Source: Candidatus Atabeyarchaeum deiterrae (GTDB lineage Archaea; Asgardarchaeota; Atabeyarchaeia; Atabeyarchaeales; Atabeyarchaeaceae). From it: a stretch of 64,000 nucleotides of DNA. The stretch is taken from positions 1,216,001 through 1,280,000 of the forward strand of contig CP147780.1 of assembly GCA_037310415.1 (NCBI GenBank), read 5' to 3'. Both the position numbers and the translations under genes were made by a program. Positions within the stretch are counted from its first letter, which is position 1. Every line of letters starts with the position of its first letter. A model generated the notes under the pieces. It was not told where the DNA came from. It was given only the letters and a program-made list of their open reading frames with translations, and ran no database searches. Below are positions 8,808 through 17,831 of the stretch, in pieces.

Positions 8808-11456
8808 TTGGCCATAATGGTCGCAAAACTCGACTTCTCAAACTACTCAATTGCCGTAAGCGAAGTACTTGGAGAAGGCGGCAACAGAATCAGAGTGTTA
8901 TTGATAAAAGATAAGCTTAGACCAAGCTTGAAACTAAGAGCATCAGTTGTCTTCCTCGTCGAGATGGAGGAAGAGAAGGGTTACTCCAGACCAGGCAAAT
9001 TCTGGATTGAAGACAAGGAACGCAAATTCCTCCAACCTAGAGAATTCATACGATTACTGAGAGAATGCATCCAAATATGTCTCGCAAAGAATTCCACAAA
9101 ACTCTTCCGCAAGAATTTCGCAGCGCTACTCAGTACATTCCAAATATCCTCAAGGAAAGTCTTCGAGTGCGACCTATGTGACTACTGTTTGGTTGAAGGC
9201 AGCGTCTCGATGCTTGATCAAAGCAACAAGTACACTCTCGAAAACTCAACTCTTTGCCGAGAATGCGCAGGATCAGAAGTTGTTAAAGAGATCGAGTTTG
9301 AAGGGGACAAAAAAACTACAAAGGCCACAAGGAAACAGATTGCGAGAATCCTAGACAGTGTGAAACGTGTCGACAAGGCGATCAGATTCGCCTTCTACAA
9401 GAAAGATCTCATCTCCCACCCAGAGTTGACACTCGTCGACACGATAGAGGCGGAACCGCCAAGACCAACCACACCCATAGACAAGCTCGAGATCCTACCG
9501 GAGCTGAGGCAAGTTCTCTCCAACGATGGAGTCAATTTTCTCCTGCCAGTTCAAGAGGCGGCAATCAAAGCGGGGCTCTTAAGGGGAACCAGTCTTCTGA
9601 TCGTCTCAGCAACTTCAAGTGGAAAGACCTTAATCGGAGAACTCGCAGGAATCGTAAGGGCGCTAAGAGGAGAGAAGATAATCTACCTGGCCCCGCTAGT
9701 CGCGCTAGCGAACCAGAAGTATGAAGAATTCAAATCACGGTACTCAAAAATGGGACTAAGGACGGCCGTAAAGGTTGGAATGAGTAGAATCAACGTTGGC
9801 GACGAAGAACTAGTGCTGGTAGATGGAGACATAAGAGCCGCCAACATAATCAGCGCAACTTACGAAGGACTAGATGTTTTACTCAGATCTGGCAGAGCGA
9901 CTGACATAGGCAAGGTCGGCGTCATTATCATTGACGAAGTACAGATGATAGCGGACTCAGAGCGTGGACCAGAGTTAGATGGCCTCATAACTAGATTCAA
10001 AAAGCTGTTCACTGGATGCCAATTCATATGCCTGTCAGCCACGGTGGGAAACCCTGAGGAACTCGCAAAAGATCTTCAACTGACTCCAGTGTCTTATCCA
10101 GGCAGACCAGTTTCACTTGAAAGACATCTGATAATCTGCTTCTCCGAGAACGACAAACTGCAAGCACTAGCCCAACTAACGAGACTCGAAAGAAGGATAA
10201 TGAGCAGCACGGGCTTCCGAGGGCAAACAATAGTATTCACGAACTCAAGACGAAGAACACATGAACTCTCAACGTTCTTGGAGACTAACGGGTTGAAGTC
10301 CACACCATATCATGCGGGAATGACCTACAAAATGAGGAGAACCATTGAGCTAGCATTCGTGAGAGGTGTTTATGATGTCGTTGTTACAACCTATGCCCTA
10401 GGCGCAGGATTCAATGCTCCTGCAAGCCAAGTTATCTTCGAATCTTGCAGCATGGGAAACAGATACTTGACAAACAGCGAGTTCGAGCAGATGATGGGTC
10501 GCGCAGGAAGGCTCGGTATGCATGACAGAGGAAAGGTAGTTCTTCTCGCTGAGCAAGGCAGGGTGTCGCATGGTGAAAAAGAGGAGACCGAAGACAAAAT
10601 AGCTTTGGATCTCCTTGAAGGGACACCTGAAGATGTCGAGCCAGAATATGACGAAGACCAGTGCGAAGCGCAATTACTGAGTGATATCTCAACTTTTGAT
10701 CTGACAGGAGTAGCTCCCAACAAACTTGGCGAGATGTATGACCTACTTCTCGGCAGAACAACACGCTTCGATGACGCACTAAAGAAGCTAATGGACCAAG
10801 GATTTGCAGCAATGAGAAATGGAGAAGCTGGCGAAGAGCAGCTCTGTTTCACGACAAGTCTGGGCAAGGCAACGGCAACATCATTCTTCACAACAAACGA
10901 AGCCATCCTCGTGAGGAATAGCATTGGAAGACTAGATCCACTGGGCATGTCATTGAAATTAAACCCATTCCACCAAGTTTACATCTCACCCAGGCTCCAA
11001 TCAGAACTGGAGCAAGCTTTCAATACGCGCTTCTCCTCAAACCTATTCTCAGGCGCAGTCCTGGATGTAATGAGTGTCTCGAAAAGCGGAGGACATAAAT
11101 CCCTTCCATCTTGGGTTCTAGACCTCCTCGTAAGATGGGCAACAGAATTCTTCAACTGTAACTGCAAGGAAAACCCTTTCTGTGATTGTGGATCCGAAAA
11201 GGTCTGTCGAGAGATTGTCACCCTGAGACTGACAGGACTAACTCCCAAAGAAATAGCAGAGAAGCTCCAAGAGGACTACAGTTTTCAAGTCTACCCAGGA
11301 GACCTATTCGATTGGTTCGAACAAGAGATACACAGACTTCGAGGGATAGAAAGAATCATGAAAGCACTCGGAAAAAGCGATTTAGCAGAAAAAAGCAAAG
11401 AACTTGCCGAACAAATTGAGGCTCCAAGTCCTGACCACAAAACAACAGATAAATAA
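8808..11456 (+). CDS. Archaeal SF2 DEAD/DEAH-box helicase with C-terminal Cys cluster (DUF5814-type)
   Basis: Q motif LLPVQ, SATSSGKT, DEVQ, SAT, QMMGRAGR; CNCKENPFCDC. Confidence 0.88.
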   Translation: MAIMVAKLDFSNYSIAVSEVLGEGGNRIRVLLIKDKLRPSLKLRASVVFLVEMEEEKGYSRPGKFWIEDKERKFLQPREFIRLLRECIQICLAKNSTKLFRKNFAALLSTFQISSRKVFECDLCDYCLVEGSVSMLDQSNKYTLENSTLCRECAGSEVVKEIEFEGDKKTTKATRKQIARILDSVKRVDKAIRFAFYKKDLISHPELTLVDTIEAEPPRPTTPIDKLEILPELRQVLSNDGVNFLLPVQEAAIKAGLLRGTSLLIVSATSSGKTLIGELAGIVRALRGEKIIYLAPLVALANQKYEEFKSRYSKMGLRTAVKVGMSRINVGDEELVLVDGDIRAANIISATYEGLDVLLRSGRATDIGKVGVIIIDEVQMIADSERGPELDGLITRFKKLFTGCQFICLSATVGNPEELAKDLQLTPVSYPGRPVSLERHLIICFSENDKLQALAQLTRLERRIMSSTGFRGQTIVFTNSRRRTHELSTFLETNGLKSTPYHAGMTYKMRRTIELAFVRGVYDVVVTTYALGAGFNAPASQVIFESCSMGNRYLTNSEFEQMMGRAGRLGMHDRGKVVLLAEQGRVSHGEKEETEDKIALDLLEGTPEDVEPEYDEDQCEAQLLSDISTFDLTGVAPNKLGEMYDLLLGRTTRFDDALKKLMDQGFAAMRNGEAGEEQLCFTTSLGKATATSFFTTNEAILVRNSIGRLDPLGMSLKLNPFHQVYISPRLQSELEQAFNTRFSSNLFSGAVLDVMSVSKSGGHKSLPSWVLDLLVRWATEFFNCNCKENPFCDCGSEKVCREIVTLRLTGLTPKEIAEKLQEDYSFQVYPGDLFDWFEQEIHRLRGIERIMKALGKSDLAEKSKELAEQIEAPSPDHKTTDK

Positions 11457-11541
11457 TGGTAATATGACAATAATGATCAATTCCTTCTGAACCCTTGAAT
11501 CAATATCTAACCGCTTTTCGATGAGGAGATGGAAAACTGAT

Positions 11542-12132
11542 ATGACTAATGGTGTCAAACCAAAGATAATCGCTTTTATCGGGAGCCCAAGAAAGGACGG
11601 AAACAGCGAACTGTTGACAAAAGAACTCCTGAAGATGGCTGAACAGGAGGGAGCCGAGACAGAAGCAATCCGACTCGCCGAATACAATCTGAAACCATGC
11701 GATGCTTGCATGGTATGTCGCAAGACAAAGAAATGCAAGATAGACGACGATGGTGGTAAATTATTCAGCAAAGTCTTGGAAGCGGACGGTGTGGTCTTAG
11801 CAACACCAGTCTATTTTGGTTCATCATCACCTGAAATGAAAATATTCATTGATAGAATGGGTTATCAGGCGAAAGCACTGGGACAACCTCTTAACAACAA
11901 GGTTGGAAGCGCCCTAGTAATCGCTAGGAGAGCTGGTGCAAACTTCACGTACGCTCAACTCCTATTCTTCTTTCTGCTCAGCGGAATGATAGTTCCAGGC
12001 GTATCATACTGGACAATAGCATACGGAAGAGAAAAGGGAGAAGTTCTCAACGACAAAGAGGGCGTGGAAACCGCACGCGAGATGGGAAAGAAGCTAGCAT
12101 GGCTAACAAGGCTTATCAAAAAAGGAGCCTAA
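11542..12132 (+). CDS. Iron-sulfur flavoprotein (Isf)/flavodoxin family
   Basis: GSPRKDGNS, CxxCxxCxxxxxC (CDACMVCRKTKKC) and TPVYFG motifs. Confidence 0.88.
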   Translation: MTNGVKPKIIAFIGSPRKDGNSELLTKELLKMAEQEGAETEAIRLAEYNLKPCDACMVCRKTKKCKIDDDGGKLFSKVLEADGVVLATPVYFGSSSPEMKIFIDRMGYQAKALGQPLNNKVGSALVIARRAGANFTYAQLLFFFLLSGMIVPGVSYWTIAYGREKGEVLNDKEGVETAREMGKKLAWLTRLIKKGA

Positions 12133-12327
12133 CATACAGAATAACGGGATGCGCATGACACCTGTCACTTCTTTTTGCAGCTCTCTTCTTTCACAGCAGA
12201 TTTCTTTCGTGCTGCCAAATAGGGTTTACTGAGATATGCAGTAACCTGGTTCATGATGCTGGGATTGCGTCGCACGAAAGCATTTACAGAGAGTGTAACG
12301 CTTATATATCGGAGATTCAGATAATTA

Positions 12328-12385
12328 AATTGGAGGCCTCTTGGAGGGGGGTGGGGATCTTCACCACTCGCTCTAGTCTCCAATT
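12328..12385 (+). ncRNA. Candidate small structured RNA (long hairpin)
   Basis: AATTGGAGGC/GTCTCCAATT closing stem plus inner G-rich/C-rich stem, about 25 nt downstream of CTTATATAT (12301). Confidence 0.3.
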
Positions 12386-12434
12386 GAGGGTTCTCATCTC
12401 ATTCCGCCTCCACTTATGGCAGATGGATCCGACT

Positions 12435-13301
12435 TCATTTTGAGGCTAGTAGTATTGAAACAAGGATGAGCGCCGCCCCTATTGCAGCTAGCGACGTGAA
12501 GCTTTCGCCCAAAAGTGTGAATGAGAGGAGCAGCGCCCAAAGGACTTCGAGTAGAAGCACTATGGCTGAAGTTGTTACGGTCAAACCTTTCAATCCCAAA
12601 GTGAAAAGGAAGTAAGCAACAGTGGAGCAGAACACTCCTGTGAAGACTAGGGTAGCCCAGCCCAGTGCAGGAATCGCTGTGACACTGGTGGTTCCCAAGA
12701 GGATTGTGAATGGAAGTAAGAAAACGGACGTCAAGACCTCGACGCTCACTGTCATCGCAACTATATCGGTTCCCTTTGAAACCATCGCTTTGTTGCACAC
12801 CATGAAGAATGCCCAAGAGACACCTGCTAAGAAAACTAGAATGTCCCCCATGAGTTCGCCACCTAGCAACTCATTGAGGTTTCCGCTTGTCGCCAAAAGC
12901 GCAGCCCCAAGAAACCCCATGGCCACCGCCGCTTTCTTCGGATTTGAGAAATGCTCTTTGAAGATCAGCCAACTTAGAAGTGCAACAACAATTACGTCAG
13001 AGTCCACGAGGAGAGAGGACTTCGAAGCTGTGGTATAGGTCATACCAACATACTGGAGTATGAAACCCGCCGCGTTAAATATGCCAAGCGCCCAGACAGT
13101 CCTGTTTTTGAACAGCGAAACCTGAACTCTTCTCATGGGAATAGCAACAACTATTACTGCAATCGAGGCGATTAAAAGGCGCAGGAATGAAAACGTGTAC
13201 GCGTCAACGTACGATAATCCAATCTTGTTGACAACAAAACTCGTTCCCCAGAGTAGACTTGCCATAACAGTCAGCGAAATGGCATATGTCTTACTTTTCA
13301 T
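12435..13301 (-). CDS. DMT/EamA family transporter
   Basis: LWGTSF, LQYVGM.YTTAS, two EamA repeats. Confidence 0.9.
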   Translation of the reverse strand: MKSKTYAISLTVMASLLWGTSFVVNKIGLSYVDAYTFSFLRLLIASIAVIVVAIPMRRVQVSLFKNRTVWALGIFNAAGFILQYVGMTYTTASKSSLLVDSDVIVVALLSWLIFKEHFSNPKKAAVAMGFLGAALLATSGNLNELLGGELMGDILVFLAGVSWAFFMVCNKAMVSKGTDIVAMTVSVEVLTSVFLLPFTILLGTTSVTAIPALGWATLVFTGVFCSTVAYFLFTLGLKGLTVTTSAIVLLLEVLWALLLSFTLLGESFTSLAAIGAALILVSILLASK

Positions 13302-13401
13302 CGAGGTGACCTGCCTGCAGAGAAAATGTGAGTCTTATCTCATGCTCTATGTGTTGCACCGTCGCCGAAGGGAGCGATCTTGAATTATGTTCATGACTCT
13401 T

Positions 13402-14166
13402 CTATATGTTATGCCTCTGCAAGAACCTCATTATCGCTACAGAGAGTTCTCTTGGTTTCTCCACCACGCTTGAGTGGCCGGCTCCTTTGATGATCTCGAC
13501 TACTGACCCTTTGATTCCCTTGTTCAATGTGTCAGCCATTGGTTTAGGGGTCAATATGTCGTCGCTACCCATTGTTATGAGAGTCGGAACCTTGATCCTA
13601 TGTAACCTGTCGGTAGCATCAAATCTACTCGTGGCACCAAAATCCCTTAGGACAGTCTCTTTTGGAACATCCAAGTTATACTTCAGGGCGTCTTCAACCA
13701 CATTCTTTGGGGTGTTCTTTGAGTAACCCATGCTTGCTGCCATTCTCGTTGTTCCCTCGCAGTCATCCTCGAACAGTTTCAGGATTCTTTCGTCGATAGG
13801 TATCTTTGCGCCACTGTCAATTAACACCAAAGCAAGAGTCATCTCCGGATGGTCATAGCAGAAACTTAAGCACACCAACCCGCCCATTGAACTCCCAGCT
13901 AGAACTGCTTTCTTAACATCAATCTTTGTGAGGAGATATGCAATGTGGTTGGCGTAGTGCTCTATTGTAACATCGCCGCTAAGGTTCTCTGATCCGCTTC
14001 GCCCAGGAAGGCTGGGAGTGATAACCCTATATTTCTCTTTCAGGACTCTGACCATTCCATCGAATCCTTCCACGGTTCCTTGAGCGCCGTGCACAAGCAC
14101 AATGGATGTTCCCTCGCCACATTCCTCATAATGAGTTATCAGCCCATCAACCTCGACGATTGGCAT
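13402..14166 (-). CDS. Alpha/beta hydrolase
   Basis: LVHG, GSSMGG nucleophile elbow, G.DD and GAGH motifs. Confidence 0.9.
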   Translation of the reverse strand: MPIVEVDGLITHYEECGEGTSIVLVHGAQGTVEGFDGMVRVLKEKYRVITPSLPGRSGSENLSGDVTIEHYANHIAYLLTKIDVKKAVLAGSSMGGLVCLSFCYDHPEMTLALVLIDSGAKIPIDERILKLFEDDCEGTTRMAASMGYSKNTPKNVVEDALKYNLDVPKETVLRDFGATSRFDATDRLHRIKVPTLITMGSDDILTPKPMADTLNKGIKGSVVEIIKGAGHSSVVEKPRELSVAIMRFLQRHNI

Positions 14167-14342
14167 CTTGTATCAAACACACTCCACACGCTTTCCATGT
14201 AGGAATATCTCAATGGAAACTCGCCGAATCCTGCGTCGTGTTCTTATCTCTCCACTAGCACGAAGAAAACAGAAAGATCGTAGGATAAATAACCATGGTA
14301 GCCAACTCATGAGTGAAGCGTCAAGGGTCTCGCACATGCCCA

Positions 14343-15116
14343 TCACCGCATATGCAACTTGACAGGTACGGTTGCTAAGAATACAGCAAGCCCTGAGAGA
14401 ACCACCATGGGACCAGGCGGCAAGCTCAAGTAACCCCATAACAAGATTCCCGCCAACGAGCTAACCGCAGCAAAGACTGCACTTAGAATCGCATACCTGA
14501 ACGAGTTTAGGCTCAAATTCTTGGCAGTCGCTGCAGGCACCACAACCAGGAATCCTACAAGTAGCGTACCAGTGATTCTTATGCCCAACGCTACAACGGC
14601 TGATACCAGCAAGAGATACAATAGATTTATCCTTCTAATCTTGATGCCTTTGGAGATTGCAAGATCTTCCGAAATCATGCCCAGAACCATACTTTTGTAG
14701 ATAATCCTCGTCAGAACTATTGCTACAAAGGACACGATTACTGCGACGATCGTATCCAGTAAAGTCACGCTTGATATGTCTCCAAACAGTGCCTCAAGCA
14801 AGTCTACCTGAGGTATCATTAGGACTCCTACTGCCAACGCTGTCGTGAACATTGCGCCTATTAGTGCCTCATATGAGAGTTTGGTGACTTTTCCAAGATA
14901 CCAGACTATTATTGCTGCTGCAAAGAGGACTGCAAAAGCTCCCATGAAACGATCGAAGTTGAACAGGATGCCTAAGGCGAGACCTGGCAAAGCGACGTGG
15001 GACATCGCGTCGCCAACAAGTGCCATCTTCTTCAACACCATTAGAGAGCCAAGGTAGCCAGCTGCAAGGCCCACAAAGATCCCTATGACCAAGCTGTATG
15101 TCAAGACTTCTGTCAT
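14343..15116 (-). CDS. Metal (Zn/Mn) ABC transporter permease, ZnuB-like
   Basis: MALVGDAMSHVALPG, LFGDI and PPGPMVV motifs. Confidence 0.9.
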   Translation of the reverse strand: MTEVLTYSLVIGIFVGLAAGYLGSLMVLKKMALVGDAMSHVALPGLALGILFNFDRFMGAFAVLFAAAIIVWYLGKVTKLSYEALIGAMFTTALAVGVLMIPQVDLLEALFGDISSVTLLDTIVAVIVSFVAIVLTRIIYKSMVLGMISEDLAISKGIKIRRINLLYLLLVSAVVALGIRITGTLLVGFLVVVPAATAKNLSLNSFRYAILSAVFAAVSSLAGILLWGYLSLPPGPMVVLSGLAVFLATVPVKLHMR

Positions 15117-15829
15117 GGAGATCTCCTCTCATCGTCCAATCCCTTGCACACAGTTTCTCCACAGATCATTTGTTGTATGGTGGGATTCATTATTTCCTTT
15201 GATTCCCCGAAGAATGTAGCAGATCTGTTTAGAGCAAGCACGTAATCTGAGTGCTCTCTGACGATGTGGACGTCATGCGATATCAGAACCATCGTTATTT
15301 TCTTCTTCTGTTTCAGTTCGCCAAGCATTAAGTAGATTGGTTCTTCGCTCCCCATGTCGACCCCACTCGTAGGTTCATCGAATAGAAGAACGCTTGGGTT
15401 ATCGATTAGAGCCCATGCGATTAATACCCTGCGCAATTCGCCACCAGACAGGAGACCCAAGTTTTTGTTCGGTATGTTCTTGTCGACCAGTTTAACTAGG
15501 CTGAGGTATTTCCCAACGTTTTGGCGGCCCTTGACCGAGAGAAACTCTTTCACCGAAATCGGTATGTCGCTGACGGTGATATTCTGAGGCACATAACCTA
15601 TTTTCACTTTTTCTTCCCATTCAATAGTCCCATCATAGGGCACAAGGTTAAGTAGCGCCCTCACCAGTGTTGTTTTTCCTGCGCCATTTGGTCCGAATAC
15701 TGCCAAGGTTATTCCTTTCTTCAGATTGAAGCTCAAGTTGTCTATGATGACTTGATCTTGCAGCTTTACGGTGAGATTTGAAACCTTCAATATGTAGCCA
15801 TTATTGTTGCCCATAAACAAAGATCCCAT
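15113..15829 (-). CDS. Metal ABC transporter ATPase, ZnuC-like
   Basis: GPNGAGKTT, GYVPQ, LSGGE, FDEPT and SHD motifs. Confidence 0.9.
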   Translation of the reverse strand: MGSLFMGNNNGYILKVSNLTVKLQDQVIIDNLSFNLKKGITLAVFGPNGAGKTTLVRALLNLVPYDGTIEWEEKVKIGYVPQNITVSDIPISVKEFLSVKGRQNVGKYLSLVKLVDKNIPNKNLGLLSGGELRRVLIAWALIDNPSVLLFDEPTSGVDMGSEEPIYLMLGELKQKKKITMVLISHDVHIVREHSDYVLALNRSATFFGESKEIMNPTIQQMICGETVCKGLDDERRSP

Positions 15830-16054
15830 TCCGTGACAGAGTTTTCGCTCATAAAGAGGCTAGGGTGAACTTATTAGTTTTCACACTTTTTAATAACTCT
15901 ATCCCTCTCATTCTTCTCTTCTGCCCAAATTCTCCTCTATGACCACAAGTGAGAGTGAATCGTGTTAGATTAAGGGAGCATGAGGAGAGTATGTTTGTAC
16001 CAAGATTCCTGAATCAGAAAAAAAGTAAGGGTGTGTCGCCAAGCACTCCCAGAT

Positions 16055-16792
16055 TCACGCGACTCTCTTTCTTCCGACAACAAGTCCAGCAACCAGTCCC
16101 ACAGTAGCACAAATTCCAACCACCCCGACAAGGAATAATGTCGAGATAGGCTGCGTAGGCTGAGCAGCAGTATTGACGTTGGGAATATTGGTTTCAACTA
16201 TCCGGAGATCAGTGATCTGTGTCTGGTGCGATGTGACATTCAAAGATGAATCAGTGAACCCAACTACAACCCCCGTGTCTTTGTCTATTGAGCCAGCGTA
16301 CGTCTCGTTAATCCCGCCGTGCTGCCAGAACCAGGTAACGTCAACCATGTCAGCACCTATTGTGACCCTGTTATATACGCTCAGGTTCTCTGCATAAGAC
16401 TTCAATAGGTTCCACCACGCGCCTGAAGTAGGTGTAATCAAAAAGCCCATCGGAAGATCCATATCCCCAGAAGAAGCAAACTCGTCGAACGTGCCATTGA
16501 TGTAGAATATGAAAAACGCCCCTTCAATCCTGTGCGTGTCACTTGCATAGCTAACGTCGTATCCCCATGTCATGTTGACATCAGCCACAATATACGAAAA
16601 AGTTGATCCTGTTCTGAACAGACCACTTGTGGTGTTGCTGAATACGCACTGGTACTTTGTGTACGCTCCTTTCCCAACTACGAGGCTGTATGTGTATGTT
16701 GCTGCCGACGTGCTAGTAATGGCGATCGAGAAGAATGTTAGAGCGATCAGCGATATGCCAACCAGTTTGTTTAGATGTCTCATTGTTCTCAT
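16055..16792 (-). CDS. Secreted/surface protein with C-terminal membrane anchor (paralog of 16812..17576)
   Basis: N-terminal signal peptide, several NxS/T sequons, C-terminal TM followed by GRKR. Confidence 0.75.
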   Translation of the reverse strand: MRTMRHLNKLVGISLIALTFFSIAITSTSAATYTYSLVVGKGAYTKYQCVFSNTTSGLFRTGSTFSYIVADVNMTWGYDVSYASDTHRIEGAFFIFYINGTFDEFASSGDMDLPMGFLITPTSGAWWNLLKSYAENLSVYNRVTIGADMVDVTWFWQHGGINETYAGSIDKDTGVVVGFTDSSLNVTSHQTQITDLRIVETNIPNVNTAAQPTQPISTLFLVGVVGICATVGLVAGLVVGRKRVA

Positions 16793-16811
16793 CTACCTCC
16801 ATGAGTTGCGG

Positions 16812-17576
16812 TCACTTCTTGGACCCCCTTCCTGTCTTTGAACCAATGAAGTACCCTGCGACCAGTGATACAGTCAATCCGCCTACAGCTGCAACACCAA
16901 GGAAAAGTGCTGACGAAGGTGGTGATGGAAGTGGTTGTGGGTTCTGCGGAATATTCGGTACACTATACTGGAGCATCTCGTACTGATAGTACTGTCGATT
17001 GGTCGCATTTGCAATTTCTACCGACAGCACGCTGAGCTTGGACGTAACGCCAGTATAACGATCAACTGTCAGCCAGATGGTACCATTGTAACCAGAACCT
17101 AGCATGAAGATAGTCACATTGACTTCAGATGGGTATATCGTGATTCTGTTCAATCCAGTCACGTTCAACGACGGATCTGCGAGAAAGGTCTCCATGAAGT
17201 TCCACCAGGCATCTGAGGCTGGGAAAAAGACAAGCCCGAAAGGTGGTCCAGTCTCGATATTGACCTCACCAGCATCCTCCAGAGTTTCATTGAGGTAGAG
17301 CCCAACGTAGGCTCCCTCTAAAGTCGTGTCGTTGTAGGGATAGGGCATCGCAGTTCCGTAACTCATGTTCTTGTCCCACAGCATTAGTCCGAGGGTGGTT
17401 CTATTGTTAATGTAAGACTCCGTAGAGTTACTGAAGAGGCACTTGTAGTCTACGTACGTTCCTCTGTCCGCCGCTAGTTGATACTGAGTTGTTGCCGCTG
17501 ACGTGTAACATGTGCCTAGCGAAAGGATCATCAATGTCAGAATCGATGCGCCAACTATTTTGGATAGCTTATTCAT
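16812..17576 (-). CDS. Secreted/surface protein with Pro-rich linker and C-terminal membrane anchor
   Basis: Signal peptide, TSAAT..Y.L...G.Y..Y.C.FSN.T shared with neighbour, PQNPQPLPSPP linker, C-terminal TM. Confidence 0.75.
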   Translation of the reverse strand: MNKLSKIVGASILTLMILSLGTCYTSAATTQYQLAADRGTYVDYKCLFSNSTESYINNRTTLGLMLWDKNMSYGTAMPYPYNDTTLEGAYVGLYLNETLEDAGEVNIETGPPFGLVFFPASDAWWNFMETFLADPSLNVTGLNRITIYPSEVNVTIFMLGSGYNGTIWLTVDRYTGVTSKLSVLSVEIANATNRQYYQYEMLQYSVPNIPQNPQPLPSPPSSALFLGVAAVGGLTVSLVAGYFIGSKTGRGSKK

Positions 17577-17831
17577 ATTCGTGTTTCCTCATTTTCTAAC
17601 GCGATTGTTCAACGCATTTCGCACTGGATACGGGAAAGCTACTTATCCAAATATCTTTTTCCTAGTACAGCCAGTCGACGAATTGCCAGCGGGGAATGTT
17701 CGCAATTCTTATTAGACCAAAGCCTTCGAGTAATGTACATTCTCCTGATATCACATGCGTCATATCCACTGGAATGTTGGTTGCGCGGTTAGCTGCGATC
17801 TCCATCATTTATCATAAGTGAGAGGAAGAGT

